A DNA stretch of 64,000 bases from an uncultured delta proteobacterium (GTDB lineage Bacteria; Myxococcota_A; Polyangia; Polyangiales; B10-G4), in NCBI GenBank assembly GCA_963727445.1, contig CAVSGI010000021.1, positions 640,001 to 704,000 on the forward strand, given 5' to 3'. Made by a program: the position numbers and the translations under genes. Shown piece by piece: positions 21,445 through 31,293 of the stretch. Numbering within the stretch: the first letter of the stretch is position 1; each line of letters opens with the position of its first letter. Under the pieces are notes generated by a model. That model searched no databases and was not told the DNA's origin. It saw only the letters and a list, made by a program, of their open reading frames with translations.

Positions 21445-22892
21445 ATGAACGAAAACAGGTATGAGGCGCCTTTCAATCCCGGGGGGCCCTCCGCGATCGA
21501 CGCCAAAATCGCCGAGCGGCTCCTCGCCGCCGCGCTGTCACGAGGTGGTGACTATGCCGACCTCTTCTTCGAATACGAAGTCGGGGGAGCTACTCCTTCG
21601 ACGAGGGGATCCTCAAGGCCGCCGGCCGGGCGGTGACCATGGGTCTCGGTGTCCGCGTGATGAAGGGCGACGCCACCGGCTACGCCTACGTGGAGGAGCT
21701 CACCGAGGAGGCGATGCTGCACGCGGCCAAGACCGCTGCGCAGATCGCGGACGGCGGCGGCGCGCCGGCGCCCATCGGGCTCACCCGTCGAGAGCCGGCG
21801 GCGCGCTATCCGATCGGGACGCTCTCCCTCGACGTCGCCGGCGCCGAGAAGCGCGCGCTCCTCGAGCGCGCCGACACCACGGCGCGCGCCGCGGACAGCC
21901 GCATCGTTCGCGTCGACGCGTCCTTCTACGAGAACGTTCGCGAGATCCTCATCGCCACCAGCGACGGCAAGATGGTGCACGACCGCCAGCCGCTGATCCG
22001 CTTCGGCGTCCGCGCCATCGCGGAGGATGGTGGCAAGCGTCAATCGGGATCCTCCGGGGGCGGCGGCCGCATCGGTCTCGAGTACTTCGACGACAAGTCG
22101 CCGGAGTGGCATGCGAAGGAGGCAGTGCGACAGGCCGTCGCGATGCTCGACGCGCGCGAGGCGCCCGCTGGAGAGCTGGAGGTGGTGCTCGCGCCGGGCG
22201 ACAGCGGGATCCTCCTTCACGAGGCGGTCGGCCACGGGCTCGAGGCCGACTTCAATCGCAAAGGGACCAGCAACTACACGAACAAGATCGGCGAGGTTGT
22301 CGCCTCCGAGCTCTGCACAGTGGTCGACGACGCGCGGCTGGCGAACTCGCGCGGGGCGATCAACGTCGACGACGAGGGCAACACCCCCGAAGAGGCGGTG
22401 CTGATCGAGAACGGGATCCTGCGCGGCTACATGCAGGATCAGCACTCGGCGAAGTTCTTCCACGTCGGGCCCACGGGCAACGGCCGGCGCGAGAGCTTCA
22501 AGAGCCACCCGATGCCCCGCATGACCAACACCATGCTCCTCGCCGGCGAGTCGGATCCGGAGGAGATCCTCGCCTCGGTGAAGTACGGCGTCTACGCCCG
22601 CAAGTTCGGCGGCGGCCAGGTGGACATCTCCAACGGAGACTTCGTCTTCTCCCTCACCGAGGGCTACTTGATCGAGGACGGAAAGCTCACCGCGCCGCTC
22701 AAGGGAGTGAACCTGATCGGCAATGGACCCGACGTGATGCGGAAGGTGGAGATGTTGGGCAACGACATGGAGACCTCGGACGGGATCTGGACCTGCGGCA
22801 AGGACGGTCAGTCCGTGCCGGTCGGTGTCGGCTGTCCGACCGTGAAGATCAGCGCGGTCACCGTCGGTGGCACCGACATCGGGAGGGGCTGA
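21445..22892 (+). CDS. tldD: Metalloprotease TldD (frameshift in G-run 21583-21587)
   Basis: DYADLFFEY; GILLHEAVGHGLEADFNRKG; PMPRMTNT; CGKDGQSVPVGVGCPT. Confidence 0.92.
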
Positions 22893-24265
22893 TGGCGGCC
22901 GACGAACGATACGAGGCCCTCATCGCGCTCGGTGAGCGTGTGGTCGAGGCCGCCCAGAAGGGTGGGGCGACCGTCGCTGAAGCGTCGGTGCGCGAAGGCT
23001 CTCACCTCACCGCGAAGATCCGCATGCGGGAGCCGGAGCTCGTCGAGGAGGCTGGCTCGCGCGCGCTCGGCCTCAGGGTGATGATCGGCCAGCAGGTCGC
23101 GGTGTCCTACACCAGCGACTTGAGCGATGCCGGCGTGAACCGGCTGGTCGAGGATGCGCTCGAGCTCGCGCAGCTCTCCGAGCCGGATCCTTTCGCGGGC
23201 CCGCCGGACCCCTCGCTGTTGTCGACGCGAGAACAACACGCGGAGCTCGAGCTCTTCGACGAGGACATGGGCAACCTCGGTGCCGGCGAGGCGATCGCGC
23301 GCGCCAAGGAAGGGGAGGCCGCGGCCCTCGACAGCGACGCGCGGATCACCAACAGCGACGGGTCGACCTTCTCGCGGGCCGCGGGTGGCGGCGTCCTCGT
23401 CACCAGCGGCGGCTTCCGCGGCGGGAGCCGCGGCACCTACGCGTCGCTCTCGGTGGTGCCGGTGGCGGCGGACGCAGACGGCAAGAACCGCCGCGGCTAT
23501 CACTGGAGCGCCAAGCGTCACCTCGAGGAGCTCGACACCGCGAAGTCGGTCGGCCTCGAAGCAGCGCGGCGCACGCTGCGCAAGCTGGGCGCCCAGAAGG
23601 TCGACACCCAGGAAGCGCCGGTGGTCTTCGATCCCGATGCGGCGCGCTCCATCCTCGGCCTTCTCGCCGGCTGCGTGAACGGGAGCGCCATCTGGCGCAA
23701 GACCAGCTACCTCCTCGACAAGGCCGGCGAGCAGATCGCGAGCGATCTGGTCACGATCGTCGACGACCCCCTGATCCCGCGGGCGCCCGGGTCCCGTCCC
23801 TACGACGGCGAGGGGCTCTTGTCGCGAAAGAACCTGGTGGTGGAAAAGGGCGTGCTGCGCACCTTCCTCCTCGACAGCTACTCGGCGCGCAAGCTCGACC
23901 AAGAGAGCACGGCGAGCGCCAGTCGCGGCTCGAGCGGAGGTGTCGGGCCTTCGACTTCGAACTTCATCCTCTCCCCCGGCGACGTGAGTCACGACGATCT
24001 GCTGAAGAGCACGAAGAAGGGGCTCTACGTCACGGAGATGATGGGATTCGGCTTCAACGCGGTGACAGGCGATTTCAGCCGGGGCGCTGCCGGCTTCTGG
24101 ATCGAGAACGGCGAGCTCGCCTTTCCGGTCTCCGAGGTCACCATCTCGCTGAACCTCGACCAGCTCCTCAAGCGCATCGACGCCGTCGCCGACGACCTCG
24201 ATCTGCGCACATCGGTCGCGGCGCCGACCTTCCGCGTCAGCGCGATGACCATCGCAGGACGTTGA
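22892..24265 (+). CDS. pmbA: TldE/PmbA
   Basis: TGATG coupling with tldD; RPYDGEG, NAVTGDFSRGAAGFWIENG, PVSEVTI. Confidence 0.92.
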   Translation: MAADERYEALIALGERVVEAAQKGGATVAEASVREGSHLTAKIRMREPELVEEAGSRALGLRVMIGQQVAVSYTSDLSDAGVNRLVEDALELAQLSEPDPFAGPPDPSLLSTREQHAELELFDEDMGNLGAGEAIARAKEGEAAALDSDARITNSDGSTFSRAAGGGVLVTSGGFRGGSRGTYASLSVVPVAADADGKNRRGYHWSAKRHLEELDTAKSVGLEAARRTLRKLGAQKVDTQEAPVVFDPDAARSILGLLAGCVNGSAIWRKTSYLLDKAGEQIASDLVTIVDDPLIPRAPGSRPYDGEGLLSRKNLVVEKGVLRTFLLDSYSARKLDQESTASASRGSSGGVGPSTSNFILSPGDVSHDDLLKSTKKGLYVTEMMGFGFNAVTGDFSRGAAGFWIENGELAFPVSEVTISLNLDQLLKRIDAVADDLDLRTSVAAPTFRVSAMTIAGR

Positions 24266-24279
24266 GCCCCTTCGAAGCG

Positions 24280-24789
24280 ATGAGAGGCCACCTCCTCGTG
24301 AGCCTCGTGATCCATGGATGCGGTGGCGGAGGCGGCGCGCCCGCGCCCGCTCCCCAAAGCGCCGTGATCGCCCCGACCGCGGTGACGCCGGCACCGACCG
24401 CCGCCGGCCTCGAGGAGCGCGCCGTCAGCGTGAGCTGGAGCGACGCCACCGCGACCCACGGCTGCTTCTTCTTCAGCGGTCCGCCGGTCCCCGGGGTCGA
24501 GATTCGCGAGGTACACGGGGCGCGCGCGACCTTGCGCCGTGAGCAGGGCACGCTCAGCCTCGACTTCGGACAGGGCGCGATCTTTCGGGGTCCCGAGGAG
24601 ACGGCGAACCTCTCGCGCGAAGAGTCCTACGACTATCACGGCAAGTGGAGCATCACCGAGACCATCCGCTTCGATGTAGTCGGTGACGGGATCTGGTCTG
24701 GCACCTACGCGTACGAGGAATGCGAGATCGACTCGGGTCGACCATGCCCCGGGAGCTGTCGACTCGACGCGAAGATCGCGCTCGAGTAA
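24280..24789 (+). CDS. Hypothetical lipoprotein
   Basis: Lipobox IHGC followed by a Gly/Pro linker; Cys-containing beta domain. Confidence 0.6.
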   Translation: MRGHLLVSLVIHGCGGGGGAPAPAPQSAVIAPTAVTPAPTAAGLEERAVSVSWSDATATHGCFFFSGPPVPGVEIREVHGARATLRREQGTLSLDFGQGAIFRGPEETANLSREESYDYHGKWSITETIRFDVVGDGIWSGTYAYEECEIDSGRPCPGSCRLDAKIALE

Positions 24790-24880
24790 TCGAGGAAGCT
24801 GTCCCACACGAACGCACGTGAGCCTACCGATGTCCGTCCTCTCCATTGTCTCGCGAGGCTGGGCAGGTAGGATCGGACCC

Positions 24881-26338
24881 ATGCTCCGTCGCGCGGCGTG
24901 GTCTGCGTTGTTCGTGCTCCTCGGCTGTGGACGCATCGGCTACGGCGACTTGGACGCTTCGGTCCCACCGCTCGACCCCGATGGGTCGACCGACACGTCG
25001 CCGCCGGACACGTCGATCGAGGCCGATTCTTCGGTGGTGCTCGACGGCATGACGGGGACGGTGGGCGTCACGGTCGAGCTCGCGCTCGAGCGGCAAGCGA
25101 CGGCCGTCGCTCTCCCGGAGCGTCTCCCCGCGGCGGTCACCAGTCCAGCGGCGACCGCTGACGGAAACCTCGTCTACGTCGCCGGCGGCTCCCAAGACGC
25201 GTTTTCCGCGTCGAACTGCACGCGAGACGTGGTGGTCTACGATCCCGTCGCCGGCATGATGAGCATGACCGACGAGCTCCCGGTGAGCGTCCAGGGGCTG
25301 GGGCTGCTCCAGGTGGGTGACACCCTGCACAGCGTCATGGGCTTCTGCGGAGGCAGTGGCACCGACGAGCGCAGCGTGTACCGCCATCCGATGGGCGGCG
25401 CGACGCCAGAGCTGGTGGGATTGTTCGACACCGGCGCCTACTACACCACGGCCGGGGTGATCTCCGATGGCTCAGGCACCCCGAAGCTCATCGTCGCCGG
25501 TGGGTTCGGCTCGGGGCCGCTCCGCGACTTCGTCCAGATCATGGACCCCACCGACGGGACCGCGACCACCCTCGCCTCGACCCTGCCTTCCCATCGCTGC
25601 CTCGCATCGGGCGTGTCGGTGGAGGCCCGGTTCTACCTCTTCGGCGGAAGCCTCAACACCAACTGCGTGCCACCGACCAGCTCCACCGACCCCGATCTCA
25701 CGAGCGAGATCCTGCGCATCACCCTCGCCCCCACGGAGTCGGTCGAGGTGGTCGGAAACCTTCCGGTGCCCGTCGCGGCTTCCTGCTCCGTCATGCTATC
25801 CACTGGCCAGATCGCCATCTTCGGTGGTGTCGAGTACGTCTCCGACATGGCTGGCGGCTTCACTCGGCAGGTGACGAACCGGATCCAGATCTTCACCCCG
25901 GCGTCGGGCGAGGCGATCGTGTCCGCAGCCACGCTTCCGAGCCCGCGCGCGCAGATGGGATGCGCACGCACGGCAGACGACCGGGTGCTCCTCTTCGGCG
26001 GCGTGGACGAAACAGGCGCGGCCACCGACGAGGTCCTGCTCTTCGCGCCCTACGCCTACAGCGGTGAGGGCGGCAGCGTCTTGAACTCCGGTCAGCCCGG
26101 TGCCGACTGGACCTCGCTGGTGGTGGAGGCGACCGTGCCCGACGGGACGGCGATCACGGTCGCCGTCCGCGCGATGGATGACCCCTCGTCCCCAGGCGCA
26201 TGGGTCGAGGTCACCCCCGGCGTCCTGCCCCCCGAGGTGCCCGATGGGCAGTACCTCGAGTGGCGAGCCACGCTCACCACGTCGCGTCCGAGCGTGACTC
26301 CCGCGGTCAGCAACGTTCGGGCCACGTTCGATTTCTGA
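24881..26338 (+). CDS. Kelch-repeat beta-propeller lipoprotein
   Basis: Lipobox LLGC-GRIGY; repeated YVAGG/IVAGG/YLFGG/AIFGG/LLFGG Kelch motifs; C-terminal beta-sandwich (GQYLEWRATL..TP.V). Confidence 0.8.
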   Translation: MLRRAAWSALFVLLGCGRIGYGDLDASVPPLDPDGSTDTSPPDTSIEADSSVVLDGMTGTVGVTVELALERQATAVALPERLPAAVTSPAATADGNLVYVAGGSQDAFSASNCTRDVVVYDPVAGMMSMTDELPVSVQGLGLLQVGDTLHSVMGFCGGSGTDERSVYRHPMGGATPELVGLFDTGAYYTTAGVISDGSGTPKLIVAGGFGSGPLRDFVQIMDPTDGTATTLASTLPSHRCLASGVSVEARFYLFGGSLNTNCVPPTSSTDPDLTSEILRITLAPTESVEVVGNLPVPVAASCSVMLSTGQIAIFGGVEYVSDMAGGFTRQVTNRIQIFTPASGEAIVSAATLPSPRAQMGCARTADDRVLLFGGVDETGAATDEVLLFAPYAYSGEGGSVLNSGQPGADWTSLVVEATVPDGTAITVAVRAMDDPSSPGAWVEVTPGVLPPEVPDGQYLEWRATLTTSRPSVTPAVSNVRATFDF

Positions 26339-26409
26339 GCCGTCGGCATTCGACCCCCGCGTCGCCGGCAGGGCCCGCGCGGCGCGCGCGAGCCCTCCGG
26401 ACGACATCT

Positions 26410-27939
26410 TCACCGACGACGTTTGCGGCGGCGAGCGCGCAAGAGGATGGCGCCGAAGGCTCCCAGGAGCGGGAGCCACGACGCGAGGCTCGCGACGCGC
26501 CGCCGGCTGACGCGATCCGAAGCGCTGCAGTAGTAGCCGGAGCCGTAAGAACCACCGCCGTAGTCGCCGCTGCTCGGACAGTAGGCGTCATCCGGTGGGG
26601 GCGTCGTGTAGAAGAGCTCCTCCCCTGGTGGCTCCTCTCCCTGCACGTAGAGGCGATGCTCGGTGAAGGTGCGCTGCACCCCTGTGGCGTCGGGGATGGT
26701 GCCCGCGCCGCAGCACGCCGCGGCGATACGAACCGTGAGCTCTCGCGTCGTGGTCGGTCGATAGACCTCGGGCGCCTCCGCGACGCGCAAGTAGCTGTCC
26801 TCTTTCACCTCCTCGGTGCGGCGCACGAGCTCGATGCGCGTGAGCCAGCCGGCATCGAGGCCGAAGCCCGTGAGGGGACCAAAAGGATCGATCTGCGCCG
26901 CGTCCGAGTAGAGGAGGGTGCCGTCGCCGCTGGCCACCTCCATCTGCTCCGGGGCGAAGATGAACGCGTCGGTGACGAGCTGACCGCCCGCCGGGTCGTA
27001 TTGGAGCGCGTTCATGATCGGAAGATCGCCTCCGACCCACGTCACCACCAGCGGCGCGAGGGCCATGCGCTCGCCCCCGGTCGCGGTGGGTGTGACCTTC
27101 ACGGCCATGAACCACGCGCCCTCGGCCACGTAGCTGGCGAATGCGGCGTCGTCTATCTCGTCGTGGGCGAGGTCGTTTTCGTCGAGCCAGGTGAGCAGAG
27201 CGTCGAGGGTCGAAGCGTTGAGCATGGTGACCTCGTAGTCCTCGGTGGTCTCGATGGTCTCGCTCATGACGATCCCGTCGCCGCTCTCCTCGGTGTCCAC
27301 CGCATAGCTGTCGAGACCCGGGCGATAGTAGTCGGTGTCCGCGCAACCCATGAGCATCAGCGGCGCGCCCAGGGCGGTGTCGACGGCGTTGTCCCCGTAG
27401 TAGTGGGGGTCCGAGCACTGGTACCCGAGGCTCGGATCCTCGACGTAGTGGATGGTCTCGTCGACGTAGCCGTGTTGAAGCGCGGCCACGGCATCGAAGA
27501 CCCCGGCCGGCGCGGCGTGGACGTCCGCGCGCCGTGGCACGGGCATGATCAGCCCGGCGGTGCCGCCGTCGGCGTAGATCGCCGGCTGCACGACCACGTG
27601 GGTGAGGGTGTCGACGATGGGCGTCCCCGTCGAGCCATCCCAGCAGAGGCTCGGGTCGGGCTCTTCCTCCGGTAGCGTCTCCGGATCGAAGGGTGACGGG
27701 AGCCCGCTGGGTGGCTCCGCGGCCGGGAGCACCATCTCGGGTGGGGGCTGGGGGCAGTCGTAGTCCACGACGATGTCCGGTGCGATGACCACCATCGCCA
27801 TCGTCGTCGGATCGAAGAGCACCGGGTCCTGGCCGGAGTCGGTGCCGGGCTCCACCACGCGACATATCGCGAGGGCGCTGGGCGCAAGAAGCCATCCGGC
27901 GACCAGGACGGCCGCCGCCACGAGCTTTGGGTCTTTCAT
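26410..27939 (-). CDS. DUF2330-like protein with MYXO-CTERM-like sorting tail
   Basis: Signal peptide ALA-IC; AGLIMPVP, LLTWLDEN, YVAEGAWFMAVKV; Gly/Tyr linker-Cys-TM-polyArg C-terminus. Confidence 0.72.
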   Translation of the reverse strand: MKDPKLVAAAVLVAGWLLAPSALAICRVVEPGTDSGQDPVLFDPTTMAMVVIAPDIVVDYDCPQPPPEMVLPAAEPPSGLPSPFDPETLPEEEPDPSLCWDGSTGTPIVDTLTHVVVQPAIYADGGTAGLIMPVPRRADVHAAPAGVFDAVAALQHGYVDETIHYVEDPSLGYQCSDPHYYGDNAVDTALGAPLMLMGCADTDYYRPGLDSYAVDTEESGDGIVMSETIETTEDYEVTMLNASTLDALLTWLDENDLAHDEIDDAAFASYVAEGAWFMAVKVTPTATGGERMALAPLVVTWVGGDLPIMNALQYDPAGGQLVTDAFIFAPEQMEVASGDGTLLYSDAAQIDPFGPLTGFGLDAGWLTRIELVRRTEEVKEDSYLRVAEAPEVYRPTTTRELTVRIAAACCGAGTIPDATGVQRTFTEHRLYVQGEEPPGEELFYTTPPPDDAYCPSSGDYGGGSYGSGYYCSASDRVSRRRVASLASWLPLLGAFGAILLRARRRKRRR

Positions 27940-28134
27940 CGTTCCTCCCTAAGTCAGCACAAGCATTCGTTCCCGGATGGGCGCGGCTTCGAAGGACGCG
28001 CGCATCCGAATCCTCAGAGAGCAACGACCGGGCCAGCGCCGGCGGGTCGAATGAAGACGGTTGCCCCGTGTGAGGAGCGACATCTGCGCCTCGGCTTGTG
28101 CCACGGCGTGGCACTGCGATATTGACCTCCGCCC

Positions 28135-29605
28135 ATGACCGACAAGCGCCTCGCCCGCGTGCTTCCGGTGCCGCGCTGGCCCACGGAAGAAGAAGCGAAG
28201 AAGCTCGCCTGGTTCCAGCCGGGGCGCATCGGCTCGCTCACCACTGCCAGATCGCACCTGGGTGCCGGCGATGGTGCCGTGGCGCGCCACCGAGGAGGGC
28301 TTCGTCACCCCGTCAGTCCTCGAATGGTATGGACGCTTCGCTCAGGGCAGGCCCGCGGTGCTCGTGGTCGAGGCGACCGGCGTGCGTGACGTCCCCAGCG
28401 GGCCGCTACTCCGCATCGGCCACGATCGTTTCATCGACGGTCTGTCCGAGCTGGTGCGCGTGGTGAGAGAAGCGAGTGACGGAGCGACGCGGCTCTTCAT
28501 TCAGCTGATCGACTTCCTGGCGGTTCGCCGTCGCCCGGCCAAGGACAAGTTCTTCGGTCGCTACCTCGCGATCGATTTCGCGCTCCGGCAGCGGATCGCG
28601 CAGCATCTCTCTTCGCCGGAGCTGGCCGAGGCGCCGGAGGCGGAGCTGCGCGCCCGTCTGCTGGACATGACCGACGAGGATCACGAGCAGCTCCTGAGCC
28701 CGAGAGATCTGGAGAGCCTGAGGCGCGGCTACCGGGAGCGCGTGACCGACGTGCACCTGCCGCACGTGCGCGATCTTCCGCGGACGCTCCCGCCCGTCTT
28801 CGCGGCCGCCGCCCTGCGCGCCAAGCGCGCTGGCTTCGACGGCGTCGAGCTCCATTACGCCCACGCCTACACCATGGCTTCCTTCCTGTCGGCGCGAAAC
28901 GATCGCGCCGACGGATACGGCGGGCCGCGCGAGAGCCGCGCACGGCTGCCCCTCGAGGTCTACGAAGCCGTGCGTGCCGCGGTGGGGGCGGACTACCCCG
29001 TCGGCGCGCGCTTTCTCGGCGACGAGGTGATCGAAGGGGGCAACCGGATCGACGACGCCGTCTACTTCGCCGAGCGCTTCGCCGAAGCGGGCATGGACTT
29101 CTTGAGCGTCTCGAAGGGCGGCAAGTTCGAGGACGCGAAGGAGCCGAAGGTCGGCCAGGCGATCTATCCCTACACCGGCCCGAGCGGGCACGAGTGCATG
29201 CCCACCGTGCGCATCGACGAACGGGGGCCCTTCGGACGCAACGTTTCGCTCGCGGGGGCGGTGAGGCGTGCCGTTCGCGCCAGGGGGCGCGAGACGCCGG
29301 TGGTCGCGGCCGGCGGGATCTGCAGCCCGTGGCAGGTCGAGGAGATCTTCGAGGCCGAGGACGCCGACTTCGTCGCCGCGGCGCGGCAGAGCCTGGCCGA
29401 CCCCGACTGGTTCGAGAAGATCCGCCTGGGGCGCGGCGACGAGGTCCGGCGCTGTCTCTTCACGAACTACTGCGAGGCGCTCGATCAGGCGCACAAGGAG
29501 GTCACCTGTCAGAGGTGGGATCGGGTCTTTCCGGAGGACGAAGTGGGGTCGGTGCTGCGGAGCGCCGACGGCCGTCGCCGCCTCGTCGCGCCACCCTGGA
29601 AGTGA
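28135..29605 (+). CDS. NADH:flavin oxidoreductase (Old Yellow Enzyme-like; frameshift ~28243)
   Basis: RTWVPAMVPWRA, AGFDGVELHYAHAYTMASFLS, NDRADGYGG, ARQSLADPDW, Cys cluster CLFTNYC..C. Confidence 0.88.
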
Positions 29606-29636
29606 TCACGGCGGCGGTCCCTGCCGGCCCCCGCCG

Positions 29637-31038
29637 TCAGCGTGAAGCCGAGAAGTCTCCGCTGAACTCGCTCCCCACCAGCGTGCCCTCCCAGACGCCC
29701 GGCCCGATCTCACGCCCGCTGACGATCGGGCCACTGCCCTTGAGCGTGATGACGGAGAGGTCGAGACGCGCGTCGTCGATCGCCGCCACCAAGAGGCCGG
29801 TGAGCCGGGTGAGCTCCGAATCGCAAGCGGTCTCCACCGCGATGCGCACCCCCGGGTAGTCCAGCGCGCTCTCGGCAGCGCCCGCGGCGCCGCTGCAGAA
29901 TCCACTCGACGCGGCGGTGAGCGCGGACTCGAGCGTGCGATAGCGCCCGTCCGTTGCCTCGTAGACGATGGTGTTCGCGATCCAGGCGATGATGGCGCCG
30001 ATGCTCACGTCGAGATCGTGGCGGTGGATCAGGAAGCGGCCGCAGACCGCGTTCGCGGCGAACTCGTCGGGCTCGAAGCGGAAGTCGATGATGTCCTCGG
30101 GGCGGCCGCGCATGGTCATCCCGCGGTAGTCGAAGGAGACCTCGTTCCACACATGCGTCCCGCGATAGTGGTCGACCTCGGTGCCGGGGTTCAGCGTCAT
30201 GGTCTCCGCCACGCGCCAGGTCGACAGGATGTCGTTCAGAATCTGCGATGGCGCCGAGGAGCTGCCGCGCCCAGGGCGGGAGGTAGCTCTCCGCGAAGGA
30301 GCGGATCGCTGATTCGAGCGCGGACTCGAGGAAGCTCGGCAGCCCCGTGTCGAGGCTGGTGCTCTCTCCGGCGATGAACCGAAAAGGTCCCGAGACCGCA
30401 TCCAGAAACGAGCTGAGCCAATCCGGCAGCGCTTCGCGGAAGCGGAGGACCGAACCCATCGACCAGGTGCCGGTCAGGTCCGGGTTGGTGATCATGCACG
30501 CGGCGGTGGGGATGCAAGCGCCGGCCTCGCAGAGGAAGTCACCGCTGCAGTCGACATCCGCGACACATCCCGACGGCGTGGCGCCGCACATGCCGGATAC
30601 GCAGGCGAGCCCCACCGGACAATCCACGGTGGTGGTGCACGCGGTCCCCCGGGGATCGGGTGAGCAATGCCCCGCGATGCAGAGGTTTTCGAGGCACTCG
30701 TCGTCGAACTCGCAGACGGCTCCATCGGGATCGGGCTGCACGCAGACGCCCATGCGGCACTCACCGGGGGCGGGGCACTCCCCGCAGCTCGTGCCATCGC
30801 CGCGCGTGCCGTCCCAACCGGGCTCGACGCAGCGCCGCGCCCCGTCGACTTCGCGGCAGACGTAGGCGCCGCAGTCCTCGTCGCGATCGCAATCGTTGAT
30901 CGCGTCCCCGCCACCGGGATCGGAGGCGTACGGCGCCCCCGGGTCTTCCCCGAGGCTTCCGGCGGCGCAGCCGGCGGTCGACAGGAGCAGAATGGACAAG
31001 AGGCCGAAGGAGGAGCGAAGACCCGGGTCGAGGAGCAC
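29637..31038 (-). CDS. Cys-rich lipoprotein with Dickkopf-like CxxDxDC repeats (frameshift ~30239)
   Basis: Lipobox TAGC; about 5 CxxDxDC..C..GxC units; correcting GATTC joins LLGAIAD to LNDILSTW. Start uncertain. Confidence 0.65.
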
Positions 31039-31293
31039 GTCAACAGCCGTACTCAAGGTTCGTGCCGCGCGCCTTCCGCCTTCAGGCTCGGGATCCAGCG
31101 GTGCGGGTGGCGGCTCTTCAGCCAGCCTGGGGTCCGTGGTCCGGGGTCGAGGCACACCACCGCGGCGGCGTCGAAGCTGCTTCTACGCCCAAGATTCGAC
31201 GGATCTTCCCCGCCCTGCCGAAAAGCGGGAAACCAAAACTTTTCCGGTCACGGAGCGTCTATTCGATGTCACTGGGAATCACCGGGAGGGAAG

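Noticed and set aside
21445..24265. tldD/pmbA as the dedicated leader peptidase of the rSAM system
   Set aside because: A housekeeping pair 7 kb away with unrelated genes in between; no direct evidence of linkage.
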